Source of the DNA: the human T2T-CHM13v2.0 reference genome, Homo sapiens
NCBI RefSeq assembly: GCF_009914755.1
Contig: NC_060925.1
Direction: 5' to 3' (one strand)
Length of the DNA: 64,000 bases
Notes under the pieces: model-generated
What the model saw: the letters and a program-made list of their open reading frames with translations, nothing else
Told to the model about the DNA's origin: nothing
The model's database searches: none
Position numbers and translations under genes: made by a program
Shown here: positions 31,706 to 46,054 of the stretch, in pieces
How positions within the stretch are numbered: position 1 is the stretch's first letter
Layout of the letters: every line of letters begins with the position of its first letter

Positions 31706-34469
31706 TGATAATGTATGTAAATATAGACTTATTTATGTGGATGGAGAATATTGGTTGGGTATGGTGCATTGACTGTGGTACTGGATGGACACAGTAGCAT
31801 GGTCTTTGTACAGTTTCTTCAGCATTAATAATCACCAGCAATGTCTGTGATTGCCTCAGTAGCTTAGACTGCAAGAATTTGTGACAATGATGGTGTGATT
31901 TTGCTGAAGGTGGGGTTGCTGGGGTGTTTGTCAGGCTAGGCACATATAGGCCCATGCATGGCAAGATGAGCAACTGTATGGTGATTTTATAGGGAGGCAG
32001 GCCTGTTGAACTGGATGTCAAGAAAGGCACAGATGCTGGCATGAGCTGACATTGTGAACTGGCTAGATGTGTAGTGGCTTCCCCACTGTGCAGGTTCACC
32101 TTTTTCCCAAGGGGGCTGGGTGCTGCATGGTTTCACATGCCAGGCTCTTGGTCATTCATTTGGACCTAGGCTCCAGGCAGGTGGGGTCATGATGCTGTAG
32201 GTACCCATGTGGAAGTGATGAAATAATGGCAGGCATTCAGGAATGAATGCAGCCAGTGGCTACTGGCCTCCAGTGCAGGACACACTCTTACAATGGGTTC
32301 AGTTTCAATATGGCACTATGCTGTAGCAGCTTAAGTCAGGGGTATAGGGGTGTTCAATTTGGGCTTCGGCTCTGATGCCATTTAGCCATGCAAACTCCTG
32401 GTAACTCTGCAAACTGGATTTGTGGTCTGTGAGGACTAGGGGACTCTCTGTAGCAAGGACTTCTGGCATCTGTGGTGGTAATGAGGATCACTGGGGGTCT
32501 ACATTCTTTCTCTGTAAGAAGTCTTTCCTGACTGGGCAAGGGAGACTGTGACAGAGGCAGGATGCCTCATTCTTCTCTCTATGGTGCTATCCTGGGTGTT
32601 CTTGCTCCACAGGGATTTTACCGCTTGTCTGATACTCTCCAGCATACTTTCCTAGTTACTGAAGTCAAAATATAGTTATTTCTTCATTGTTTTGGTCTCA
32701 GTTTTCTCATGGATAAGGGCAAAAAAACCATCTCATAGGTCTGCTTGGAGAAGAATAAATTTGAATTTTTGGTGCTGTGCCTGAAACACATGTAAATGCA
32801 TCCCAAAGATTGTTTTTTTTTAACTAGCATATCCATGCATGGAGAGAAAAATCTAGGGCTAGGTCAGATTTTTTCCATTTGCCAGATTTTGACCCATTCA
32901 TATCTTTATTGAATTGAAGATGGACTTAAAGAAATACATGGAAATTGAAGAACAGATAGAAAAAGGAAGTGTGAGAACAAGCAGAATAGTCATATCATTT
33001 TTTCAAAAAAAATAGCAATATTGTGAGTTGATATTATCTGTATATTTATAAATATTGTATGGATAACACAGTTTTAGGTTATTTTAAGTACTTAAAAGTA
33101 ATAAACTGATTGGTGAAGTCATTTTATTCCTAGAGTAGTTTACCAAATACATACTATTGCAAATAATATTTTAAATTATAAATTAAAAAAATAACAAAGC
33201 AATCTGACAGTTTGGGAAATAAAGTGAGAAAAATCACATACACACCCCCAATCCATAAACTGAACACAACCATTTCTAACATTTTGAAGTCTCTTCCTTA
33301 AGATTCCCCAAACACCTCCCTCTAGATAATCTTTTTTTCATGTTTGTAATCAAAATACATATGCAATTTTATATCTTGCTTTGGGAAAATTAACATAAGC
33401 ATTTTTTACATTGGTGCAGTCTTTTGAACTCTGTAATATTACATCGAGTCTAATATTTATAATATTTACTTTAATTTTAGAATCTGAAGTTGTATTCAAC
33501 TTTATATTTTGCATAGTAATATGATAGATAGACAGCTTTGTATGTATTTTTTTATAGTATAGAATTGTTTCCTTAAGGTAGATCACAGATACTCCAAATT
33601 ACAAATGATTCTAATCAGAGATGTTAGCCGGCAAGGAAACTATTAAGAATTAATCTTCAGCCAAAGTTAAATAATCAAAAATTTGAAATTATTGAAAATA
33701 ACATTTCTCATAAACGTATGTAAAGGGAACAGAAAAGTCCCCAAACCCACTTGGGTTTTAAAGTATTTCCAGTGATTTTTAAAAAGATAAAAATCTTTCA
33801 ACTTTAGGTAAAGTTTTTAGATAAACAGAATTGATCTGGTTTTATATTATATTTAAAAACCCAGCATTTGTTTTATGTAAACAAATAGCATACACAGGGT
33901 GCTAAGATTTTATTCAGATTGTTAAAACTGGCATAAACAATGGTAACATTGGAAACTCTAAAATGATTAAAATTTATTGGCTGATTTTTTTCTTTATTAT
34001 ATAACTAATGAGATTCATATAACTAACAGGATTTCTGTGATAACTTAAAATGAGAACTTATTAAATTTTTTGTGTCATCCCTGAGATATTTGTCCACATC
34101 TTGCATCATCATTGTGGGAAAAATTCCCCCAGATTGTGAATATATTCAAATCGCATTTTCAGTAAACTGTGGAATGACCACTCAACAGATGGTATCCAAT
34201 TTTGGTATGTTTATACAGAAATGATTTAAAAATTCAATTTGGGAATCAAATTTTGAGGTAAAAGTGGTTTATTGAGTTTAAGATTATTATTTAATTCAGT
34301 CTGACTCTTTTGAGTACCTCACCTCTAAAAAGTATAGTCTTCCTATTGGGCAGACTAGGTTTGAACACACTAAACAATTGAAAACAAATAGAAGAACATG
34401 AAATTCATTGTTAAAAGCATTTGTAAAGGTTAGTAATTAAAGTTTTTTAGAGAGACCATCTTTTAAAGA

Positions 34470-35420
34470 AAAGTGTGTTGAATATTCACCATGTATCAAT
34501 GATAAGAGTCCAAATTGAATGGACAGTGAATCAAGCCAGGTTGCTGTCTTCTGTGAACTCACAGTTTAAGGCAGGACTCAGATCAAGAACTAATTTTTTC
34601 CCTCTCCTTTTCACTCTATATAGTTTATCTACCACTATTATAGTGCTTTACTCACCATGTTTAAATTAATACTTGTTAAAGTCAATATTTTGTAAGTACT
34701 ACGAATGAAGTCTGTGGACCAAAGGGAGGGTATGGTTAATTTTCACTTAGGAAGAAAAATCAAATCATATAGGAAGTGATACTGATGGTGAGTTTGAAGA
34801 ATCAGAAGATACATGTAGAGAAGACAAAAAACAAATTTCTAGGCCAAATGAAGCAAATAATTAAAGGTAACTGGTTGTGAAAGAGCATGGCATATTCAGG
34901 GGAAGATAAATTCAAGGTTCTTAGGAATGATATCTGCTTTTTACATAGGGTTAGGAACATAGGGTAAGCAAAAATAAAGGTACCAGACATCAGTGGAGGC
35001 CAGCTCTGAATTTCAATGCCAATGAGTAACAGTTTTATCTCAAAACCAAGAGAGATCCAATGAAGGATTTAAATTAGAAAATAATCAGATATGGCACATA
35101 GATGTTGAACAAGAAAGTAAAAATACTACTTAGCAGGAGATCAGCTAGAGGCTATTCTTATTATCTTGGTGAGAGATTATAAGTGGTATAAACTAAGGCA
35201 GTAGGTAAGAAGAAGGTCTGGCAGAGGAAATACTCCCAAGATAGAAAAAGATTTTCCTCCTTGTTTCTTGTTTGTTGGAAGGAAGGAGTTATGAAGAGGT
35301 AATAGTAGAGGGCTAGAGCTTGGATGAGCAAATACAACTGGAAATGAAATTTAGAATCAGTCATTAAAATGATAGTTGATACAGTGTGATGATTGGGAAT
35401 GTGAGATGTGGATGGGGAAG
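34470..35420 (-). mobile_element. L2 fragments
   Basis: Degenerate purine-rich antisense L2 sequence. Confidence 0.5.
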
Positions 35421-36184
35421 GAAGGAACTTAGTAAACTAGAGTGGATAGACAGGAAGAGAAGAAATACCACTATATTTTTCTAAACATTCTTTTCAAATT
35501 AAATTTCAGAATGTATTAAAGGTTGACTGTATTTTTAAATCACCAGCTATTCATATGCCAAATATTAACCATTCTCAGATGTGTTGAAATCAACATTGCC
35601 CCTACAACAGATGTTCTAAGGTAATCTTGTGACAAAGATGGAAAATTCCTTCGTTACAAGTGTAAACAAAAAATCAATACATTTTAAGGGAAAGTTTGTA
35701 CTAAGAAATTACACATTTTTTCTCAGTGAATAGCTTATCTAAATTTCCTATTAGCACCAGCACTTCTTGGTTTCTTGGCCTTCTACCTGTTTTATTAGAA
35801 GTAAAAACATATTTTGAATGAGCTGAATCTTTTCAAGATGATGTTGAAACAGACTTTCTGTATTAAGGTATTCAAACACACTATTATATATAAACAAGAT
35901 ATAGTGTTTTGGGTGATTTCCACTAACCAGATATATGTCATTATGATTAGAGTAAAAGTACAATATATAAAAATGTGTAATTTATTCTGAAAATTTAATG
36001 TCTTAAATGGAAGTGATAAGAAAAACTCTTTCTCTGGGTTTAATTATGACAAAAAATAAGTGGTTGAGAAATGCATGAATAACGTAGAACTTAAGAGATA
36101 TGTCTGTGGCAACTTGGAGTTCATAATCAATGAAGAATTGCAAAATGATAAACAACAAAAATTTTTATTTCTTTATGTATTAGC

Positions 36185-36330
36185 TCTTTCCCTCCCTCCC
36201 TCCCTCCGTCCCTCCCTCTTCCTCCCCCTCCCTCCCTCCCTTCCTTCCTTCCTTCCCCTCTCCTTCCCTCCCTCCTCCTCCCTCCACTCTCTGTCTCTTC
36301 TTTCTTTTCTTTCTTTCTTTGTCTTTTATT
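36185..36330. repeat. Polypyrimidine low-complexity tract (CCT/CTTC/CTTT)n
   Basis: Direct read. Confidence 0.9.
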
Positions 36331-36569
36331 TTGCTAGTGATGTTCAGAATAAGAAGAATTAGGTAGACACAGATCTACTATTTAGAGATGGAGAACTAAA
36401 ATTAACCAATCACAGAAAGAAAACAAAGCTATTTTGCTTTCATCTTCTTCTAAGAGAATGGCATTTACATTAACCTGCTGATATGTGTTAATTGGTGACT
36501 ATAAAGAGAAAATTGGAATTTGGGAAAGGGGACTAAGACAAGCAATGCCAGTATAAAATAATGGAAAAA

Positions 36570-36775
36570 TTATAGGGTCTGACATTAAACCAGGGTTTGA
36601 TTTATGTCCTACTGGATATGTGACTAGGGAAAGATGTTTGATCTAGTCAAGCTGAGTGTATGGAAAGTTTCATTTTCTTCATCTTTAAGATGGAAATAAT
36701 AATACCTACTGGACTATTGATATAATTGGGTCAAATGAAATAATATGTTTGAAGGATATTGAACAGTGCTTAAGT
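36570..36775 (+). mobile_element. MIR SINE
   Basis: MIR core TTTTCTTCATCTTTAAGATGGAAATAATAATACCTAC. Confidence 0.65.
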
Positions 36776-36829
36776 TTTCTTCTGTTTCCAACTAGTAAGA
36801 TAGCTAATATCTTCACACTGTACTCAAAC

Positions 36830-37255
36830 TATATACATCCAGTGGAATTACACCCTGATTTCTGAAAGTACTTTGATATGTGACCATAAAGCTCTCTGTT
36901 GGTAGTCTTTGGAAAATTGTGTAGGAATGGCAGAGGTTTAGAGAAGAAGAGTGGCTCTGATTTTTTTTTAAAGAAATAGGGTAGAGTTGGGAGATTTCTA
37001 AAGAGTAAAATTCACGTTAATCCCTGGGAACATTTTCTAGAATATATTACTAAATGAATAGCTTAGGAAGACTTAAGTAATGTTATTTTGAGTTAGAATC
37101 CAGCATGAGTACCAAGAGAACAGGTCATGATAAACAAATCAGTTTTATTTCTGCTAGGGTTGCTAGGTTGATAGATGAAGGTAATGCTATAGACACCTAA
37201 GATATTTAGTAAAGTGACAGTAGCAACTGCTCATAATTATTCTTGACAGATAGGG
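36830..37255 (+). mobile_element. L3/CR1 LINE RT-region relic
   Basis: Degenerate match to CR1 ORF2 (ELHP…IPG.ILE.I…QH….NRS…LIDEGNAID). Confidence 0.65.
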
Positions 37256-39026
37256 TTTCGCCCCAACCCATCACTTATTATTCATTTAATTGTGGTTTTT
37301 AGACATAAATAAGTCATTACATCTATTCTCATAATGATTTAATCTTACTGATTTTTGATTTGTTCTAGCTTGCTAAGTTCATTTGAAACTTTTTTAGCTT
37401 TCATTCCAGCTTTGTGCTACTTACACATTTGATGTGCCTCCTTTAGTGAAATGCAAGGACCCAGATGATTCCTTCTAGATTATGAATCTATTTGATAGAC
37501 AAGATACTGATTGTCTTACTTCATGGGAAGAATGTGGTTTATTTCTTGCAAGCTATGTGACTTTGGCCAAGTTATCCAAAGTGATGGAAAATTGGCCAGT
37601 CTGGCAAACAAACAAGCACACAAACAAACCCACAGAAGTGTTCTGTGCTATGTTGAGAGTAGCACAGGAAAAACAGAAAATGGTTTGTTTTTCCTGCTAT
37701 ATCTAATCCCTAAGGTAATTCTAAAGAATATTACCTTCTATAAACCATATCATGGAAATGCCCATTATAATTTTCCATTCCAGGTTCTAGAGAAATTCAT
37801 TTATGGTATCAGCTTATTTTTAAAATGTAAAATCTCTTTTTAATAAAGGCAATGTAGGAGCTCCATCCATGACTACATCAATAGCCCCAAATTATACTGT
37901 TTCCTGGAGTATCTGGGAAAATGAGCCATACCATACATCATTACCATTCTTGATCATATTAATGACCTTAATTATGACATTTTATATACAATGGTATGGA
38001 TTTCATTAATTTCCTTATGTGCAGAATCAAGAATTTTAGTTGAGGCCTTATAAATGTTTTAATCAACATATATAAATTAATATTTAAAAGTATATCTAGG
38101 TTCAAGGACAAACATTGTGTTAACTTCACATAGGGGAAAAGTCAAAATGGATGCCTATAGTTTGTATTTTTCACCTCCAAAAATTTATGATTATGTTTAC
38201 TAAAATCACATATTCATGTAGTGATTTGGTATAAATACAAATACTTTTTGGATATAAAGATAGGGACTATGTTATTTCAGATCATAGGTGTATTCATTTT
38301 ACACCATTTCTCTGAATTCTTTATGTATTAGAGAAAACTTAATCATACAAACAAGATTTTTGGCTTGGTTCACTCAGTTCCACAGCTTCCGTTTTCATCA
38401 TCCTGTCTATTTGAGAGGCATTTTAGGCAAACTGCTTGCCTGAGGCCAAGGAGGTTACGTGGGCTCAAGTACCTGCATGTTCATTCTGAGTGAAAACATC
38501 TTGCCTCTGAAGAAGTTTATAATTAGTAACAGTTTGAAAGGTCTCACGCTAAGGTAGGAGAAAGCATTTGAGGATTAGGTCTGGTATGTGTAAGAAATGA
38601 GGTGATGAAAGAAGTTTGGTGACAAGATCTTTTGTCACAGGCACCGAGTATAATATTCATACTATATAAGACATTTTATCCTTTTTTTGATCTTTCCTTT
38701 TCCAATGATGAAAGTGACCCATCTCTTTGGAATGGGAAGTTACTGGAGAGGGATTGGTTTGTGAGAAAAGCAGGTTTCGTGTGTGAGATCACATCCTGTA
38801 CCCAGTAAAGGTGGAGTTTACCCTAGCGCTGCTTTATTACATACCAAACCAATAGTTTCACATGAAACTGATATACTCTGCCCTTGTGGGATCCTTAGCC
38901 CCTCTTGTCAACTTTCAGGGTTGGATATAGTATGATCCTGTAAGAATTAACCTCTGTAAACTGCCATTGGCTTAAAAGCCCAAAATGTTTGTAATAAAAT
39001 CTAAATTTTTGGGCATAATTTTAGGT

Positions 39027-39239
39027 CAATCATACTCAATTGATGATAATTTGATCCCCCAGAAGGCATTTGTTAATTCCTGGAGACATTTTTTTATTAA
39101 CACCATTTGGTGGTGGTGGTGTTATGGGTATCTAGTGGGCAGGGCCAAGGATGGTGTTAAACATACATTTCATAGGATACTCCACAACAAAGAATTATCT
39201 GACCCAAAATGTCAGTAGTGCTGAAGTTGAAGAACCTTG
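39027..39239 (+). mobile_element. MER20 hAT DNA transposon
   Basis: …GGCCAAGGATGGTGTTAAACAT…CCACAACAAAGAATTATCTGACCCAAAATGTCAGTAGTGCTGAAGTTGAAGAACC. Confidence 0.9.
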
Positions 39240-39489
39240 AATCAAATAAAATAGTATTTTTTTGACAGAGAGTGGGTTGTTTCTGTACACATTCAGTCTT
39301 ATACTAAACTCAGAGCTCCTTTTCTTAAGGTGTTCAGTATTCTGGAGAAGCAGAATAAAAATTAATGTAGTATGGACTTTGATAGGAGAATACAGAATAA
39401 ATTTCAGAGTCACAAAAGAAAAAATGCTTACCTTTGAGAGATTAAAGAAGAACTATAATGAGTAGATATAAAATGTAAAATGTGGTATA

Positions 39490-39985
39490 ACATTTAGCTG
39501 TTTTCAGTTGCAAGTAGCATTAAAAAATCTTCTCAATAAAGATTATTGATTGGTGCACATACTGAAAGTTCTAGGTAAAGTGAGCTTCAGTGTTGGTTTG
39601 TTTCAGTAGCTCAATGAAATCACTGAGGACCTGACATCTCCCTTTATCTTCTCTGCCTTCCAGAGTGTAAAGCTTTAGTTTAAGACTCATTCTCCCTCTT
39701 GTTCATAAGATGTTTACCAGCTACACATCAATGGCAAGAGAGAGTGTCAATTCCAGAACCACCTCAGAGGAGTCAGGAAATTTTTTTCACATAAACCTTA
39801 CCTTACATCTCACTGGCTCTAACTGAGTTATCTGAACCAAGAACTGTAACTAGAGTGTAAAATTACGCTGATTAGCTAGAGCTGCGCCAAGTTCAAAGCA
39901 TAGAACCAGAGAAGTGTGGATATTTAAACAAAAATGGGAGTAACTATTAAAAGAAACAAAAACAGATGTTAGCAAGATGACCAGC
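39490..39985 (-). mobile_element. Ancient MLT1 (MaLR) LTR
   Basis: TTTCAGTTGCAAGTAGC…GCTCAATGAAATCACTGAGGACC pattern typical of old MLT1 LTRs. Confidence 0.55.
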
Positions 39986-40669
39986 TCCACTATATGTGGG
40001 AAGAACAATCAAGTTAAGAAGAAAGAGCAAGGATAAAGGCATGGAGGAAGGAAAGAGCACAGCCTGTTCAGATTTAGCTCTAATGCGACTGATATGGCTG
40101 GTGTGGTGGAAAGCAGGGGCAAATGGAGTTTGAAAGGTAGGTGAGGGCCAGGTCACAAAAAACAATTCAATTTCATGACAATAAATTTATTCTTTAGCCA
40201 AATATGAACATTAAAGAATTTTAAGCAGCAGAATGACATGATGAGAATTGTATTTTTGACACATGTCTACAGTGATATTAATGGAAGCATGGAAGGAAGA
40301 CTAGGAGCAAAGGCAACTCTGTAATTTTTGGCAACTGGCCTAAAATGTGTCTGTGAACTTTATTTATAAGATAATAACAATTATACTTTCTGGTTACAAG
40401 AATTAAATGAGATAAAATATGGAAAATGCTTAACACATAGCACATAATCAAAATGCTAGTTGTCACTTGTTCACATAGTTTAATTTCTGGTTTTGCATTT
40501 CATCTGCTCTGCTTATTGTGTAAACTTGGTCAGATTACTTACTTTGAGTAAGAATGTTTCTTCTCTAGTTCCCATCATATTCTTCTTATAAGGATTATGA
40601 GATCATGCTTATAGAAATCACAGTGTAACTGAAAGAGTCTCTAATGCTACAAGTCACTTAATTGATTAT

Positions 40670-41420
40670 TTGTAATAGAGGGGATGGAGAGAGGCAAGCA
40701 GGGTGAATATATATGTTAAAGATAAGAGTCAACAAGATTTGCTGGTACATTTAATATGGAGGCTAAAGGGAAAGGAGAAATCAATTATGACTTCTAGATT
40801 TTTTGGTGTGAGCAACTGGGTAGATGGTAATTTCATCTACCGAGGTAGAAAGATTTGGAGTACAGGTGAAGTCCAGGTTTTATTTCATATTTTGGACATT
40901 TTAAGTTCAAAAAGTTGATAAAACATGTAAGTTGAGATGTCAGAAAAGAAGTTGAATGTGCAAGTCTGGAGTTTAGAGAAGTGTGCACCAGAAATATAGA
41001 TATGGGTTGACAGCATATATGCAGTAGTCACACCGAGGCAACTATGAAATTAGCTAAGAAGAGAAGAGAAAAGAAGACATTAGAGAGATTGCAAGATCTA
41101 AAGAGGCCTACCATCTAGGAACTTAGTAAAGATGGTGGAATCAGCAAAAGAGAATGAGGAGGAGAAGCCAATGAAGTAGGGAAAAAAGTTTCTGGAAAGG
41201 AAGGTGTGACCAGCTGTGTCAAACTCTGATGAGAAGTTAAATAAGGTGAAAACAAAATCCATTGAGCTTGGTAGTATCTAGGCTCTGGTGTCCTTAACAA
41301 AAGTAATGCCAGTGGACTTCTGGGGAGTGGCATCCAGGTGGAAGTGAGCTGATATGTGATTGGGAAGTGAGGAACTAGAGACAACAGGAGCAGACAATTC
41401 TTGTTTGTTTGTTTTTTTTA
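40670..41420 (-). mobile_element. L2 fragment
   Basis: Antisense L2 (…AGCAACTGGGTAGATGGTAA…GAAGTTAAATAAGGTGAAAAC…). Confidence 0.7.
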
Positions 41421-42238
41421 ATACATACTGGTAAAGGAAGAGATTACATGTTGTTTAAAAAACATCTACAACAAAGAAAAGTGCCCAAGAAGAGCTAAGA
41501 AATTGGGATCTAAAATAGAATATAATAGGAGAATTTTTGTTGGTGCTTTTGGGTAAGATTCTCAAACATATTTGCCTGTTGATAGAAATGATATAGCTGG
41601 AAGAAAAGGGGCTAACTGAAAGAACACCTTGAATATATGTGAGTTTTCATATCCAGTGTACAAGTGAAAGATTAGCTTTTGAGAGAGGGATAGATGGGTG
41701 GATGCATCCTCCTTAGATAGAAGGAGAAGTAGATGGTGCAGAGGCAGGAGGACTTACAGGTTTAGAAGGGAAGATCAAGGAATTCTTGTCTGATTACCAG
41801 GCTGTGGGTCTGTCTTCATTTACCTTGCTTGGCACTTGGGGCCTTTTCAAACTGAAAACCTGAGTTTTTGTTGTTTTGTTGGGGGTGGGGGGTTAGGAAA
41901 AAATATTTAATTATAATTACTTTTTATTTCCTTGCTTCATTTTTCTCTGTTCTCTTCTACAGGCATGTCTGAGATGAATGAAACCCCTTAGGTTTCTCCT
42001 ATTTCTTAAGCGTCCCCTTTTTTTTATTGTTTTAGTCTACATTCTGGAGTATTTCTTTGTCTTCCAGATGGATAATTTAGTTTCCAAGCATGTTAATTCT
42101 ATTAATTTGTCTTTCTGTTTAATTTTTTGGTACAATATTTCAATATCTAAGATCTATTTCTTTTTCTCTGATTGCTCCTTTACTACAACACTCTTCTTGT
42201 TTAGTATATATCCTCTCCAATTTCTCTGTGTATAATAA

Positions 42239-42548
<310 letters not shown>

Positions 42549-42893
42549 TAATTTTTTAAAAATGCTTTATATTATCTGTTTCCTTTGGGATCAGTTGTTC
42601 TGTTTATTCATCTTGATCTTCTCTTTCACTTTCTTTGCTTTCTTAAAATATCTGGTGATCCTAACCACTGACCAATTAAATTTATAAATAAAAGTCTATG
42701 TTGATTAATGCAGGTAGCTGGCAGGGGTGCTTCCTTTTCAATTGTGCAGCATGGTTTAAACAAAAAGGTTTGTTTTGAAATATAAGGGCCGTGGGTAAGT
42801 ATACAGGTCCTATAGACAGAGAGATTTCTTTTTATGGCCTGTAATTCATCAAAACAGTCTAATTCTGAAAAATTCTTACAAGGACCTGCTCAG

Positions 42894-42895
<2 letters not shown>

Positions 42896-42937
<42 letters not shown>
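42896..42937. repeat. (CA)n microsatellite
   Basis: Direct read, about 21 uninterrupted units. Confidence 0.95.
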
Positions 42938-42939
<2 letters not shown>

Positions 42940-44394
42940 CAGAAGAGCATGCAGGTGTGTACTTCAGGCTTAAGCTGCTTATTGCAATTTGTATAGATTC
43001 TACCCTGAATTGAAAATGTCTCCACTCCAATTCATTGCAAATGTCTCCTCTATTCTATTTAATTTGTTCTACCTATACTTTCTAGAATAGAACAAACTTT
43101 AGTTCTTAAAGGGCCTGTTTATGTCAACTGCCCTTTTCCAGCTCCTCTTCTGTGCAGTCTATGGAGCTGTCTTTCCTTCTTCCCATACTGCCACACAAAT
43201 CGTTCAAATTTTTAAACCCTCTCTTTCCCACAAGCTAACACTATAAAACTAGGTTTCAGACATCTAGGACTGCCAATCATTCAGCTTCTATTTTTTCTAA
43301 GTGGAGTTTTATAATCAGAGTTAAGTTGTCATCAGTTTAAAATAATGGGTAATAAGATGTTATTTGCAAGCCTCATGGTAACCACAAAACAAAAACTTAA
43401 AATGGATACACAAAAAATAAAAAGCAAGAAATCTAAGTGGAGCTCTTCAGGCCTTTGATCCATGAGATGTCTCCTCTCTCTCTTTCTTTCTCTTTCTGTC
43501 TGTGTGTTTGTCTGCCTCCCTTGATTATTGCAGTCAGAATCAGCAGATGTTATTACGTATTGTGAGGGAGAGGGAACTATCAACTCAAGCTAGCATGAGT
43601 AGCAGTCTCATTTCATGCTGTTTGTGCTAGAAACAGAAAACAATGAGATAATTTCTTCACTAATGTTCTTCAAGAGATAAGGGTAAAACATCCTAACATG
43701 ATTATTATATGTATCTTCTTACAACCTTTTTGTCTATATTTCATTTTATGTAGGAGAAAGCTCAATTTTGTTAATGCTAGTTTTTTCTTTTTTCTTTAAA
43801 TGTACTAGTATTTTCATCTATTCTTATATCCCAAATAAATTATAAGACATTGTTAAGGTTGTGTGTGTGTGAGAGGGGTTTGTTTCATCCATTTCCAATA
43901 TAATCTAGAGAGAGATGACCTCATGCCAAATTTAGTCTCATTTAATCTGAAAATTTTACTAGAGGCATGGATAAGAACAACATACTTACATTAGACTTGT
44001 TGGTCCTGTTACTTCCCAGCTGAAAATATAGATTTTTCAATGGAACTTGGCTGCTGTTTTGAATTGAATATGACCCTTGCTGCCAATAAATCCTTATGGT
44101 ATGTTATAATGTTTCTGTTGCATTCCATTTCTAATTTTCTCCTTTCTTCTTCAAACATTGATCCCATTGAAAGTAGGTCCTAATATCTCTTTTAGCTGTT
44201 GTTTCTATTTTAAAAATATTCCTCATTTTGAGGGGATTATTGGGACCAGTTAAAATTTAAAAAATTAAGAATAATGATTAAAAGCAATACTGTGCTTACT
44301 ATTTTATTGCTATGGAAATAGTAAAATAATCACTCAGAGAGAAACATAATAGCATTTCTCATCATCAGAAGAAGAACCAGACAAGTTCCCAGGG

Positions 44395-44665
44395 TCCAAG
44401 CAATGTTGGTTTGGAGAAGAGAGCAGAGAGACCAGGGCTGAGTCCTTACTCCACTGCTCACAGTGCCACTTACCTCTATGTACCTCGATGAACTTTATAA
44501 TATTATTGTCTGTAAAACAAAGTCCACAATATCTGACTTGGACAAAAATTGTAAATATTAGAGATAAAGCAATAGCCTGGTAAGTGCATGTTAAACTCAG
44601 AATAAATAGCAATTACTACTACTACTACTGCTACTACCACTACTGTTTTTCCTACTACTCCTACT
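44395..44665 (+). mobile_element. MIR SINE with (CTA)n tail
   Basis: Degenerate MIR ending CCTGGTAAGTGCATG…AATAAATAGC followed by CTA repeats. Confidence 0.6.
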
Positions 44666-45615
44666 ATTTATTGGCAGATTTTTTTCAGATTATAGCAGAG
44701 ACTTAATATTGGCAGCTTTGAATACTTCACTTCAAATGTATACCACAGAACTTATGATGTTGATGTTGACCATGAGCATATTTCTGGATGCCACTTCTCC
44801 ATGACAAAGACTTGCTATTATATCTTCTTTCCAAATGATGTAATAAACTGATGTGAGCAAAAAGGTAAGATAACCTGTCTTTGTAGTTAAAAACTATCTT
44901 AAAAACAGTAGCGAATTGTGTTCGTACTTTCCCACTCCCCACAATTGTTGTTTTATAACCTAATGACATGGGTATAAAACATAGGTCTTTATTCTTTAAA
45001 ATGAAGCCCTGGTTCATATGCTTCAAATAAGAGAATACTGAAAACAATGCTGTTTCTTTTTCTCTTTTAATATTTATATGTCACTGTTTGGAGTGAGTGG
45101 TGGTTGCCTAGTAAGTGACATCACCATTTAATGTAAATGGCATGAAATATGACTAATAAACTGACTAGACTCCTGTGAAAGCATAAGCAGGAGTTTGAAC
45201 TAGTTAAAAAAAACTTTCTTCCCAGTATTTATAATAGTTATAATTTAAGCAATGAGTCTTTATTTTTCTTTGTATCTTTACCTAGTTAACATCTATTTCT
45301 CTCCCATTTCCTCAGATGTCACTTCCTTAGGGAAGACTTTCCTGACCTTTTCGAGGCTAATACAGGTCCTTTGTTAGGTTTTCTCACAGTACTCGTTCTT
45401 TTTAATGACACTTGGAACTACTTCTTTATTTGTATGATAGCTTGGTTGATGTCTATCTCTTTACTCCATCAAAGCAGAGATCACGTTTATTGGCAAATAG
45501 TTGATGATAAGTAAACTTTGTTGAATAAGGAAATAACATTTGACCTTTAGACTAAAACAGATATCTCCAATAAAAACTTCAGCACTAATGTTTTGCCTCA
45601 AAAAAGATCTCCTTA

Positions 45616-46054
45616 TTCATGGTAGGATTTTTATTTTAAAATGTGTCCCATTACATTAGGACACACAGGACCAATCCTTGGCAAGCAGAAATACAGGAAT
45701 TCTCTTGGTAGTTGAGAGTCACACTTTAAATTCAGAATCAATGAATGTACAACACCCACCTCATTCCATAGTAAACATAACCTCTAAAGCTACACTGGAG
45801 ATCAAGTAAGGAGAGAGAATAGCCTCAGAAAAATATTTTTCTGATATACATATATAAAATTCACACCAATGTTCAGGCCATTAGTATTTTTTGTTGTCAT
45901 TGTTGAGGTTGGGTTATTAGTCACTATAATTCTTATTAACATAACTAAGAGAAATGTGTTCCACTACCAAGAATTCCCATATTTCTGCTTGCCAAGGTTT
46001 GGTCCTGTGTCTTCTAATGGGACAAGTTTTAAAATTAAAAAATAATGCTATGAA
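45616..46054. repeat. Long inverted repeat: arms 45616-45712 and 45963-46054
   Basis: GTCCCATTA…ACACAGGACCAATCCTTGGCAAGCAGAAATA…GGAATTC…TTGGTAGT pairs with ACTACCAAGAATTCC…TATTTCTGCTTGCCAAGG.TTGGTCCTGTGT…TAATGGGAC. Confidence 0.9.

Noticed and set aside
31662-32099. 145-aa minus-strand ORF
   Set aside because: Falls in the old L1 5' UTR and duplicated fragment; no protein-family features.
43631-43682. Additional small exon (also 46600-46700, 47368-47443 and about 49430-49480)
   Set aside because: Weak splice sites, too-short implied introns or ambiguous frames; possible but unsupported.
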